A stretch of DNA of 64,000 nucleotides from Terriglobus sp. Lineage in GTDB: Bacteria > Acidobacteriota > Terriglobia > Terriglobales > Acidobacteriaceae. Of this stretch, positions 38,013-46,355 are shown piece after piece. A program made the position numbers and the translations under genes. The notes under the pieces are model-generated. The model did no database searches, was not told the origin of the DNA, and saw only the letters and a list, made by a program, of their open reading frames with translations. How positions within the stretch are numbered: the first letter of the stretch is position 1; each line of letters starts with the position of its first letter. The stretch lies in contig CBDAPM010000003.1 of the NCBI GenBank assembly GCA_965198455.1, positions 862,801-926,800 on the forward strand. Direction: 5' to 3'.

Positions 38013-39196
38013 TGGCCTGCCGTGTTCTGCAACTCAAGCGCATTGGCGACCACCTGCTGCCCGGCGCTTACACCCGCCTGGATCTCCACCGCGCCGCCTG
38101 GCAGCGTTTGCCCAGATCGCACGGCAATACGCCGGTAAGTCCCTGCTGCATCTCCCGGCATGTAGACGAACTCGCGGTCATGCAAATGCAGAATCGCCGT
38201 TCCGGGAACAGTGATCGCGTTGTGCGCTCGCGCACCGTGGAAGGTCGCCGTAGCAAACATCCCAATCCGGAGCAGGTTGTCAGGGTTCTGCACCTGGATG
38301 CGAACCTTGGCTGTGCGGATGGACGGATCGAGGATCGCGCCAATGTCGGAGATGGTTCCGCTGCGCACCTTATCCGGATAGGCACTCAGGCGGATTTCTG
38401 CGTTCTCACCCAGGTGGACGCTCGCAAGGTCGTTCTCGTACACATCGCACACCACCCAGACATGCGACAGATCCGCGATCGTAAGTGAACCTGCGGCGCC
38501 GGCGAATGTGATACCGGCCGCACCGGCCGCCGTGGTGTTTTGCGCAACGATGATCCCGGGGATCGGCGCATACACGTGTACGGTGTCGCTGGGATGATCC
38601 TTGTCCACCCCCAGAATGCGTAGCTCCTGCTCGGCGGCGCCTCTGGCTGCGAGCGCATCGGTCTCACTGTTCTCAGCGACGTCCAGCTGACTCTTCGCGA
38701 TAGCGCCCTTGTCATACAGCAACTGGTCGCGCGTCAGGATTGTCTTGGCGAGCTGCTCGTTCGCCAGTGCCGTCTGGTAGCTCATAAAAGCCTGTGCAAC
38801 GTCGGGCGACTGAACGTCCATCACAAGCTGGCCCTTGCGCACCGTGTCGCCCAGCCCCACATGCAAAGCAGTAACGCGCCCGTTCGCAATGGAGAGTACC
38901 GGCACCTCGCGCGATACATCCGGCTGCACCGCGCCCGTCACGTTCAGCGTATCGAAAGCCGAGCGCTGCTCCGCGGCCACCAGCGGAAAACGCGTTGCCT
39001 GATCGACATGGACGGTGTTGTCCGTTCCGGCTTCGACGACTTGTGGCGTGCTGGGCGGAGCCTCTGCCGCGTCCTGCTTCGCTTCCTTGCTGTGGCACCC
39101 CTGCAGGCATGCAATCGCGGCGATGCTCCAGAGAACAACCTGTACTCGACGAATCGTATGCCTGCGTTCAGTGCTCCTTTTACGGCGGTTTCCCAT
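38009..39196 (-). CDS. efflux RND periplasmic adaptor (CzcB/CusB-like), lipoprotein
   Basis: Lipobox LQGC, with biotinyl-lipoyl-like and beta-barrel MFP motifs. 4-nt overlap with the RND gene. Confidence 0.9.
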   Translation of the reverse strand: MGNRRKRSTERRHTIRRVQVVLWSIAAIACLQGCHSKEAKQDAAEAPPSTPQVVEAGTDNTVHVDQATRFPLVAAEQRSAFDTLNVTGAVQPDVSREVPVLSIANGRVTALHVGLGDTVRKGQLVMDVQSPDVAQAFMSYQTALANEQLAKTILTRDQLLYDKGAIAKSQLDVAENSETDALAARGAAEQELRILGVDKDHPSDTVHVYAPIPGIIVAQNTTAAGAAGITFAGAAGSLTIADLSHVWVVCDVYENDLASVHLGENAEIRLSAYPDKVRSGTISDIGAILDPSIRTAKVRIQVQNPDNLLRIGMFATATFHGARAHNAITVPGTAILHLHDREFVYMPGDAAGTYRRIAVRSGQTLPGGAVEIQAGVSAGQQVVANALELQNTAGQ

Positions 39197-39243
39197 AGTG
39201 CGAGTCTATGGAGACAGCCTTGCACCAGCGGGCATCCAACGCT

Positions 39244-39276
39244 GATCTTTCGATACTGGAAGCCGATCTTTCGATA
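39244..39276. promoter_or_regulatory. tandem direct repeat GATCTTTCGATA x2 (21-bp phasing), candidate response-regulator box
   Basis: Exact 12-mers at 39244-39255 and 39265-39276, between the divergent czc-like operon and the HK/RR operon. Confidence 0.45.
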
Positions 39277-39325
39277 TGTGAGAGAACAAGCGTCCCTGAC
39301 AGCAGGATCATGAAGGAGTCCGCAT

Positions 39326-40711
39326 ATGTTTCACCCGAGAAAACATCCCGTAGCAACTGCGCTCATCGCCCTCCTCATTGCCGGGGCCATCGCGGTGTTG
39401 GATCGGAACTTGCCCTATGGCGTGCCGCTGAGCTTCTTATACCTCGTACCGATGGCCATGATCGGCACAGTGGCTTCCCGCTGGCAAATGATCGCCGCGG
39501 CTGCGCTCTGCACCGGCATTGCGGAGATCTCGGACGCTTTTGTGTGGAATGCATCCGCGGGCATCCCTCGCGATCTGCTCTCCTTCATTGCCTTTGCCGC
39601 GGAAGGACTCTACATTCGCGAGGTGCTTTCGAAGCGCCAGTCAGAAAGCCTACACATCGAGTTACTGCAGGAAGAGAACCGCGCGCGTCGCGAAGTGGAA
39701 GAACAGCTGAGCCTGCTCATTGGCAGCTCCGCCCTTGCGATCCTTACGCTCGACGGACGCGGCGTCGTCGTCCAGGCAAATCACGCAGCGAAGCAGATGT
39801 TTCACGAAGCGCCAACGGCGGGTAATGCGCTGCTGGGGGCAGAGATCGGCGCGTTCCTGCCCGCGCTGGCACGCGTATCGCATCGTCCGCACCCAGAGCG
39901 TCCAGTGCGAACCATGATGCAAACACAAGGCTTCCGCGATGACGGTGCGCCATTCCTGGCAGAGGTCTGGTTCTCCACGTACACGACGACGGATGGTCCA
40001 AGGACCGCGGCCATCATTGTGGATGCCTCTGAAAATTTGCGTGACCGGGAAGAGTCCGCGTTGGAGCAACTGCTCAACAACTCGCGCCTCGCGGTTGGGG
40101 CTGTCGCACACGAGATTCGCAACGTCAGCAGTGCCATTCGCCTGGTGCAGCGCAACCTGCTGGCGAACACGCCTTCCTTGGGCGAAGCTCCGGACTTTCT
40201 CGCACTGCAACAACTCACATCGACCCTGGAACGCATGGCTTCGGTAGAGATTTCGCAGGTCAAACGCACTGCTGTCATGCTTCCGTTACAGCATTGCTTT
40301 GAAGAGTTGCGCATCGTAGCCCAGGCAATGATGCGCGAACACGATATCGCCCTGGAATGGAATGTAGCCACCGATCTGCCCAGCGTATGGGCGGACCAGC
40401 ATGGCCTGATGCAGGTGTTCCTCAACGTACTTCGAAACGCGCAAAGCGCCCTTGCATCCACTGCGAATGCGCGCGTGCGTGTGGATCTCAATCGAACCGA
40501 ACAAAGTGTTCACATCCGGATCAGCGATAACGGGCCGGGTGTCGCCGTGCCCGATGATCTCTTCCGTCCCTTCTGGGCTGCTCCAAGTACGGTCAGCTTT
40601 GGCCTTTACCTTTCGCGGGCTATCCTGCATAGCTTCCAGGGAGAGATCGTGTACGAGGGGCTGAACCCCGGCGCGACCTTCGTCATCGCCTTGCAGGTGG
40701 CATCGTTATGA
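39326..40711 (+). CDS. membrane-bound PAS sensor histidine kinase
   Basis: N-terminal TM block, PAS (LAILTLDGRGVVVQANHAAKQMF), H-box AVAHEIRNVSSAI, N/G boxes (NVLRNAQSAL, ISDNGPGV, GLYLSRAI). AAGGAG before the ATG. Confidence 0.85.
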   Translation: MFHPRKHPVATALIALLIAGAIAVLDRNLPYGVPLSFLYLVPMAMIGTVASRWQMIAAAALCTGIAEISDAFVWNASAGIPRDLLSFIAFAAEGLYIREVLSKRQSESLHIELLQEENRARREVEEQLSLLIGSSALAILTLDGRGVVVQANHAAKQMFHEAPTAGNALLGAEIGAFLPALARVSHRPHPERPVRTMMQTQGFRDDGAPFLAEVWFSTYTTTDGPRTAAIIVDASENLRDREESALEQLLNNSRLAVGAVAHEIRNVSSAIRLVQRNLLANTPSLGEAPDFLALQQLTSTLERMASVEISQVKRTAVMLPLQHCFEELRIVAQAMMREHDIALEWNVATDLPSVWADQHGLMQVFLNVLRNAQSALASTANARVRVDLNRTEQSVHIRISDNGPGVAVPDDLFRPFWAAPSTVSFGLYLSRAILHSFQGEIVYEGLNPGATFVIALQVASL

Positions 40712-41376
40712 ACCGCCCATCCGGTACGCCCATCCGCATCTTGCTTGTCGATGACCACATACTCTTCCGTGAGAGCTTGAAACGAGTGCTGGAAGCGGAA
40801 GCGCGCTTTCAGGTTGTCGCGGAAGCATCCACGCCGCAGGAAGCTATCTCCTATTGCAACTCCGGCTCTGCATTCGACATCGGGCTGATCGACTTTCAGC
40901 TAAGCAGTTCTGATCCGTCGAAAAATGGGCTGACGGTGCTGCGCGCAATCCGCCAGGCGCTGCCCTCAGTCGCCGTCATCCTGCTCACAGCGGGTGCAGG
41001 CAGGGCCGAGCTGCACGAAGCAGTTCAAACGCTGGCTGCTAGCGTCTTCCTCAAATCGGAACCAGCGTCGGACCTTTTTCTTGCGATTGACAGAACTCTA
41101 CAGCACAGAACGTGGATTTCCAGCGGAGTGAGCCAACTGCTAATGGAAGCGCCGCCTGCCGATCCCGCAGTCACTCAGGCGGCGTTCACATCGAAGGAGT
41201 TACTCGTGCTCCGCTGGATCACCGAGGGCCTCAGCAACAAGGAGATTGCCAGCCAACTCGCTGTCTCGGAAAGCAGTGTGAAAGCGCTGCTGCAAAAGCT
41301 CTTCGAAAAGACAGCTGTCCGAACGCGGTCACAGTTGGTGCGCTATGTCTTTGAAAGCGGCCTCTCGCTACCGTGA
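40708..41376 (+). CDS. response regulator, NarL/FixJ (LuxR-type HTH) family
   Basis: ILLVDDHILFRE receiver and LTSKELLVLRWITEGLSNKEIASQLAVSESSVKALLQKLFEK HTH. ATGA overlap with the kinase gene. Confidence 0.9.
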   Translation: MNRPSGTPIRILLVDDHILFRESLKRVLEAEARFQVVAEASTPQEAISYCNSGSAFDIGLIDFQLSSSDPSKNGLTVLRAIRQALPSVAVILLTAGAGRAELHEAVQTLAASVFLKSEPASDLFLAIDRTLQHRTWISSGVSQLLMEAPPADPAVTQAAFTSKELLVLRWITEGLSNKEIASQLAVSESSVKALLQKLFEKTAVRTRSQLVRYVFESGLSLP

Positions 41377-41582
41377 AGAGACGTCCTCACATGCGGCAGC
41401 AAAGAAGGATTCGCTTGCGCCGGCGCACACATCTGCATCTTTTGGCACTCGCCCTCTTTTTCGGACTGCCGCTATCCATCCTTGTGTTCCTGGTAAGCAT
41501 GAGCGCCTGGAGTGCTATCGAAACCTCATTTCACCTGCGCTACGAACCCGCCGCCTCGCCTCATCGCCCTGACGAACGTTAA
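41373..41582 (+). CDS. hypothetical small Arg-rich/TM protein
   Basis: 69-aa ORF with a GTGA overlap with the regulator stop. Basic N-terminus followed by one TM helix. No family recognised. Confidence 0.25.
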   Translation: MKRRPHMRQQRRIRLRRRTHLHLLALALFFGLPLSILVFLVSMSAWSAIETSFHLRYEPAASPHRPDER

Positions 41583-41897
41583 TCGTCCACCGGCAGCTTG
41601 GCCGGAACCGGCCTTGCTAACTCAAAGACGGCAATGCTTCGACGCAAAAGACTCACCGTAATCCCAGCAAACGGCGCCACCACGACGACGAGCCGCGGTG
41701 GAACGTCTGTGACGCGAAAGCCAACGCATCACGCTTGGACGCCTCCATCTGGGCTCGTTGGGTCTGGCGCACATCGTCCGTCGATGGATACCAGCTCGGC
41801 ACGGTCGCGATCCGTTCGCTTTTCTTGCTCATAAAGGTGCCCTCAGGTCGTTGGTTCCGATCACGCTTACGTTGAACGCCGAATTCGCCTGTTCGAG

Positions 41898-42092
41898 TTA
41901 CGCAGGTCCAAACCAGTAATAACGTCTCCAGCAATTAGTGCAGCGAACAGGCGTTGCGTGAAACAACTTCATCAGCCCGTCTCCCATACCAGGCTCCGCA
42001 GCCTGAAAATCGATGGAAGTGCAGAGAGGACATTCATGCTTCCAAAGAACACGGGGCAGCTGTTGCGGCCAATTGTCCAGGGCTGAGTTCAT
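41898..42092 (-). CDS. hypothetical small 4-Cys zinc-ribbon protein
   Basis: C-P-L-C ... 30 aa ... R-C-T-N-C-W-R-R-Y spacing typical of a zinc ribbon. No clear SD. Confidence 0.3.
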   Translation of the reverse strand: MNSALDNWPQQLPRVLWKHECPLCTSIDFQAAEPGMGDGLMKLFHATPVRCTNCWRRYYWFGPA

Positions 42093-42337
42093 GCGTGTTT
42101 CAAAACCCGTCCTTGTCCATTCTCAGGAAAGGCAGTCGGGTTGCGCTCCATCGGACGCGTGCTGCTAAGGCAACTCTGTTGCCGGAGAACTTCAAAAGAA
42201 CGTTGACGTAACAGTCTTTCGGATGCATCGCTTGCGGTTCAGGATAGCTACCGCCGTCTGGGGGCGGGTTCCCTCAAAGCCAGTCGCAACCGGCATGACC
42301 CGCTTGATACCATGCATACTCCAGGAGAAACAAAGCA

Positions 42338-44683
42338 ATGCGATCAGGAAGCGTTCTGAGGACGTGTGCTGCACTGTTGGTCGCAACAGCGGCCTCTGCC
42401 CAGCAGCCCAGGGTAGTTACTGCCGCGGACTACACCCGCGCCATGCACCAGCTTGCGCCGTACACAGGCTCCCTGGTGGACCATGCCGTCCGCACAGCGC
42501 AGTGGATGGACGACCACCGCTTCTGGTACATCGAAAGCGACCACGGTGTCCAGACCGTGATGATTGGTGACGCGGCCCGAGGCGCCAAAGCCGCTGCCTT
42601 CGACACAGTCAAGCTCATCGGTACGCTAAACACCGTCGGCCTGAACGAAACCGATCCCACCAAGATCGCCTTTGAGGGCTTCGAACCGCAGACGGAGAAG
42701 AACACCGCCATCATCCGCGTGCGTGGCCAGCGGTATCAGTGCGGCCTCGAAACCTCGTACACGTGCAAGAAGCTCGCCGAGCAGCGCGCCGGCCGCACTG
42801 GGGGCTATCTCACAGGCCTGCCTCCCGCAGAGTCGGTACTCTCGCCCGACGGCAAAAAGGGCGTGTTCATCCGCGACTGGAACCTCTGGGTTCGCGACAT
42901 CGGCACAAATGCAGAAAAACAGCTCACCACCGACGGCGTGAAGGACTTCGGCTATGCGACGGATAACGCCGGTTGGAAGCACTCCGCCCAGGCAATCGTC
43001 GTCTGGTCTCCCGATTCAAAGATGGTCGCAACCTTCCAGCAGGATCAGCGCAACGTAGGCGACATGGTCACCGTCAACACGCAAGTCGGACATTCGAAGG
43101 TGGACATCTGGAAAGGACCGCTGGTCGGTGACAAGGAAATCATCCACATCCAGCGTGTCTTCGTAGACGTCGACAGCGGCAAAGTAACCCGGCTCCAGAT
43201 GCCGCCCGACCTGCACCGCTCTTCTCTCTGCGACGATGTCATCTGCGGCGATGGACCGCAGGACATGCAGTGGGCAAACGATGCGAAGACACTCGCCTTC
43301 GTCTCGACCTCGCGCGACCACAAAATCGAAACCGTGCGCATCGCCGATGTAGCCACGGGCGCGGTCCGCGATCTCTTCACAGAAACCATCCCGACATACT
43401 TCGACAGCGGCTACAACGACGAAGGCATCAACTGGCGCTATCTTTCGCAGCGCAACGAAATCCTGTGGTGGTCGCAGCGTTCCAACTGGGGACACTATTA
43501 CCTCTACGACGCGGCAACGGGCAAGCTGAAGCGCCAGGTCACAAGCGGCGACTGGAACGTAGACCACCTCGTCCACATCGACGAGAAAACAGGCAACATG
43601 CTACTCGCGGGTGTTGGCCGCGAAGCCGGCGACGACCCCTACTATAGAAGCATCTACGCAGTAAGCCTTGAGAGCGGCAAGACGAAGCTGCTAACCCCCG
43701 AACATCAGGACCACATCGCCATCCCATCGAGTGACGGCAAGTACTTCGTCGATGTCTTCTCCACGGCACAGGAGCCGACGACGACAGTGCTCCGCAAATC
43801 GGACGGCGCCGTAGTCGAAACCCTCGCCAAGGCAGACATCACGCGCCTGAAGGCAAGCGGCTGGCAGGCGCCGGAGAACATCGCCGTCAAATGCAGCGAC
43901 GGCAAAACGCTCTGCTACGGCCTGCTCTTCAAGCCTGCAGGATTGAATCCGGCCATGAAGTATCCCGTCATCGATTACTTCTATCCAGGCCCATTCACCG
44001 GCACACTCCCAACACGGCAGTTCTTCCCGTCCTATGGCGATGCAAACGCTCTGGCACAACTCGGCTTCGCCGTCGTCGAAATCGACTCCATGGGAACGCC
44101 GCATCGCTCCAAGGAATTTCAGGATGTCTACTTCCACGACATGGGCAAGCAGGCGTTGCCGGACCAGGTCAGCGGCATCAAGGACCTGGCTGCTCGCTAC
44201 ACATGGATCGATCTCGACCGGGTAGGCATGTGGGGCCACTCCGGCGGCGGCAACGCCACGGCAGCCTCCATGTTCACCTATCCGGACTTCTACAAAGTCG
44301 GCATCGCCGAAAGCGGCAATCACGACAACCGAAACTACGAAGACGACTTCTACGAAAAGTACCTCGGCCTGCTTGAGAGCCACGACGGCACAACCAACTA
44401 CGACAGCCAGGCCAACCAGTCCATGGCAAAGAACCTGAAGGGCAAGCTCATGCTCGCGCATGGTCTGCTCGACGACAACGTGCCGCCCTCAAACACCTTC
44501 CTCGTAGTGGATGCACTCGAAAAGGCCAACAAGGACTACGATCTCGTCATCTTCCCGCGCGCGCACCATGGCTATGGCGACATGAGCTACTACATGATGC
44601 GCCGCCGGTGGGACTACTTCGTGGCCAACCTCATGGGCGCGACACCGCCGCATGAGTTCAACATCGTGCCGCCCGGCCGATAA
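42338..44683 (+). CDS. S9-family serine peptidase, dipeptidyl-peptidase-IV-like (DPPIV_N beta-propeller + catalytic domain)
   Basis: Signal peptide, long propeller region, GMWGHSGGGNA nucleophile elbow, LLDDNV (Asp), HHGY (His). AGGAG before the ATG. Confidence 0.9.
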   Translation: MRSGSVLRTCAALLVATAASAQQPRVVTAADYTRAMHQLAPYTGSLVDHAVRTAQWMDDHRFWYIESDHGVQTVMIGDAARGAKAAAFDTVKLIGTLNTVGLNETDPTKIAFEGFEPQTEKNTAIIRVRGQRYQCGLETSYTCKKLAEQRAGRTGGYLTGLPPAESVLSPDGKKGVFIRDWNLWVRDIGTNAEKQLTTDGVKDFGYATDNAGWKHSAQAIVVWSPDSKMVATFQQDQRNVGDMVTVNTQVGHSKVDIWKGPLVGDKEIIHIQRVFVDVDSGKVTRLQMPPDLHRSSLCDDVICGDGPQDMQWANDAKTLAFVSTSRDHKIETVRIADVATGAVRDLFTETIPTYFDSGYNDEGINWRYLSQRNEILWWSQRSNWGHYYLYDAATGKLKRQVTSGDWNVDHLVHIDEKTGNMLLAGVGREAGDDPYYRSIYAVSLESGKTKLLTPEHQDHIAIPSSDGKYFVDVFSTAQEPTTTVLRKSDGAVVETLAKADITRLKASGWQAPENIAVKCSDGKTLCYGLLFKPAGLNPAMKYPVIDYFYPGPFTGTLPTRQFFPSYGDANALAQLGFAVVEIDSMGTPHRSKEFQDVYFHDMGKQALPDQVSGIKDLAARYTWIDLDRVGMWGHSGGGNATAASMFTYPDFYKVGIAESGNHDNRNYEDDFYEKYLGLLESHDGTTNYDSQANQSMAKNLKGKLMLAHGLLDDNVPPSNTFLVVDALEKANKDYDLVIFPRAHHGYGDMSYYMMRRRWDYFVANLMGATPPHEFNIVPPGR

Positions 44684-44717
44684 GACGGGCTGCCGTCACG
44701 CCCGCTCTTACCTTGCT

Positions 44718-46355
44718 CTACTTCTCAATCGCGCGATCAGCCTTGGTGAAGTGCGCTGACACCTGCGATGGAGACTGCAAATCCGAAACATTCCATCCGC
44801 CACCCAGCGCCTGGATCAGCTGCACGGAGGACGTCATCTGCTGTGTCCGCAGTGTCGCAAGTAAGCTCTGGTCGGTAAGTAACGTGGTCTGCGCCTGCAC
44901 AACATCAATGTACGGGTCCACACCAGTCTCGTAGCGTGCCATCTCCAGATCAACAGCCTTCTGCGCCGACGCGGCGGCTGCCTGCTGCTGCTGGTACTGC
45001 CGCGAAAGTATGCGCAGCGCTGCGATGTTGTCTTCCACCTGCTGAAACGCGGTCAACACCGTCTGCCGGTACGCCGCAACATCCGCGTTGTACGTCGCAA
45101 CATATTGGTTCACCGTGGCGCGGCGCAGGCCCGCATCAAAGATCGTCTCCGGCACCGTAGCGCCGACAGACCAAAAGCGGCTGGGCCAATCAAACAGTTG
45201 CGAGATCGCAGACGTCTCCGTACCACCCTGGCCGGTAAGGCTCAGCGAAGGATAGTACGCGGCTGTAGCAACGCCGATCAACGCATTGGCTGAAGCCATC
45301 TGCCGCTCGGCTGCAGCCACATCCGGCCTGCGCTCCAACAACTGCGATGGCATGCCGATGGGAATGGCAGGCGGCGCGGTGTCCAGGGGCTTTGCCGGTA
45401 TGGAGAACGTGGACGGATTCACACCAATGAGCACCGCAATCGCATGCTCATACTGCGCACGCAGCACGCCAAAGTTCGTCGCTGACGCTTCCGCATTCTG
45501 CAGCGTGTTCTCCGCCTCGATCACGGCTGCCTGATCGTCAATGCCCGTTTCATACAGGCCTTTCGTCAGCTCAACCGCCTGCCGGTCGGCCTCCACTGTC
45601 TTGCGATACACGTCGATGGACGCGTCCTGCCCGCGCAGTTCAAACAGATACACGGCAAGGCTGGCCTGCTCCGTAAGCCGCTCGTTCTCCAGATCGGCCG
45701 CACTCACCTGCGCTAAAAATTGATACGACCGTATCTGGCTGCGTATCTTGCCGAAGAAGTCCGGCTCCCATGAAGCTTCAAACGGCAAGGACCAAACCGT
45801 ACTCTGCTCGCCCGCTGCCGCTGCCGTTCCCGTTGTGGTGGTGGTTCCGGTGCCTGTAGTGCCCGTACCTGTGGTGCCCGTACCCGTTGTTCCGGTACCA
45901 GTAGTGCCCGTCCCCGTGCCGGTTGTGCTGCCGGCGGTTCCTACACCATGCGCTATGTTCGCTGAGGAACGCGAACGCTGAAAGCCGGGCGCAACCGAGA
46001 GCGTTGGGAACAGCTGCGAACGCGCCTGCGCGATAAGCGTGCGCGCTTCCATGAAGTTCTCGAAATATTGCTTGATGTTCTGGTTGTCGATGTTGAGCTT
46101 GTCTTCCAGATCGTTCAACTGCGGGTCGTTATAGATGAGCCACCACTTGCCGCGCAGCATGGCATCCTGCGGCTGTGCAGGCTTCCACTCATCGGACCCC
46201 TCAGGCGTTGGCGCCGCAGCCTCTTTGTACGCTGCCGGTGGTGGCGCCGCCAGCGCTGCCGGCTTCACGTAGTGCGGTCCAACGCGGCAGCCCGCAAGCA
46301 CTGCAAGGCTTGCGCTCATCAGCGAAACGCAAAGTGAGCGAAAACGTGTTTTCAT
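44718..46355 (-). CDS. RND efflux outer membrane lipoprotein, NodT family
   Basis: Lipobox LAGC followed by VGPHY, ASWEPDFFGK, and a duplicated OEP architecture. 4-nt overlap with the upstream RND gene. Confidence 0.9.
   Translation of the reverse strand: MKTRFRSLCVSLMSASLAVLAGCRVGPHYVKPAALAAPPPAAYKEAAAPTPEGSDEWKPAQPQDAMLRGKWWLIYNDPQLNDLEDKLNIDNQNIKQYFENFMEARTLIAQARSQLFPTLSVAPGFQRSRSSANIAHGVGTAGSTTGTGTGTTGTGTTGTGTTGTGTTGTGTTTTTGTAAAAGEQSTVWSLPFEASWEPDFFGKIRSQIRSYQFLAQVSAADLENERLTEQASLAVYLFELRGQDASIDVYRKTVEADRQAVELTKGLYETGIDDQAAVIEAENTLQNAEASATNFGVLRAQYEHAIAVLIGVNPSTFSIPAKPLDTAPPAIPIGMPSQLLERRPDVAAAERQMASANALIGVATAAYYPSLSLTGQGGTETSAISQLFDWPSRFWSVGATVPETIFDAGLRRATVNQYVATYNADVAAYRQTVLTAFQQVEDNIAALRILSRQYQQQQAAAASAQKAVDLEMARYETGVDPYIDVVQAQTTLLTDQSLLATLRTQQMTSSVQLIQALGGGWNVSDLQSPSQVSAHFTKADRAIEK

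Noticed and set aside
41653-41934. 93-aa minus-strand ORF downstream of the zinc-ribbon ORF
   Set aside because: It has no motifs, no SD and an odd composition, and it overlaps the end of the zinc-ribbon ORF. Evidence is insufficient to call it.
45790-45960. Short tandem repeats that might suggest a CRISPR or VNTR locus
   Set aside because: The 15-nt units are in frame inside the NodT-family CDS, have no spacers, and vary only at synonymous positions. This is a coding low-complexity repeat, not a CRISPR array.
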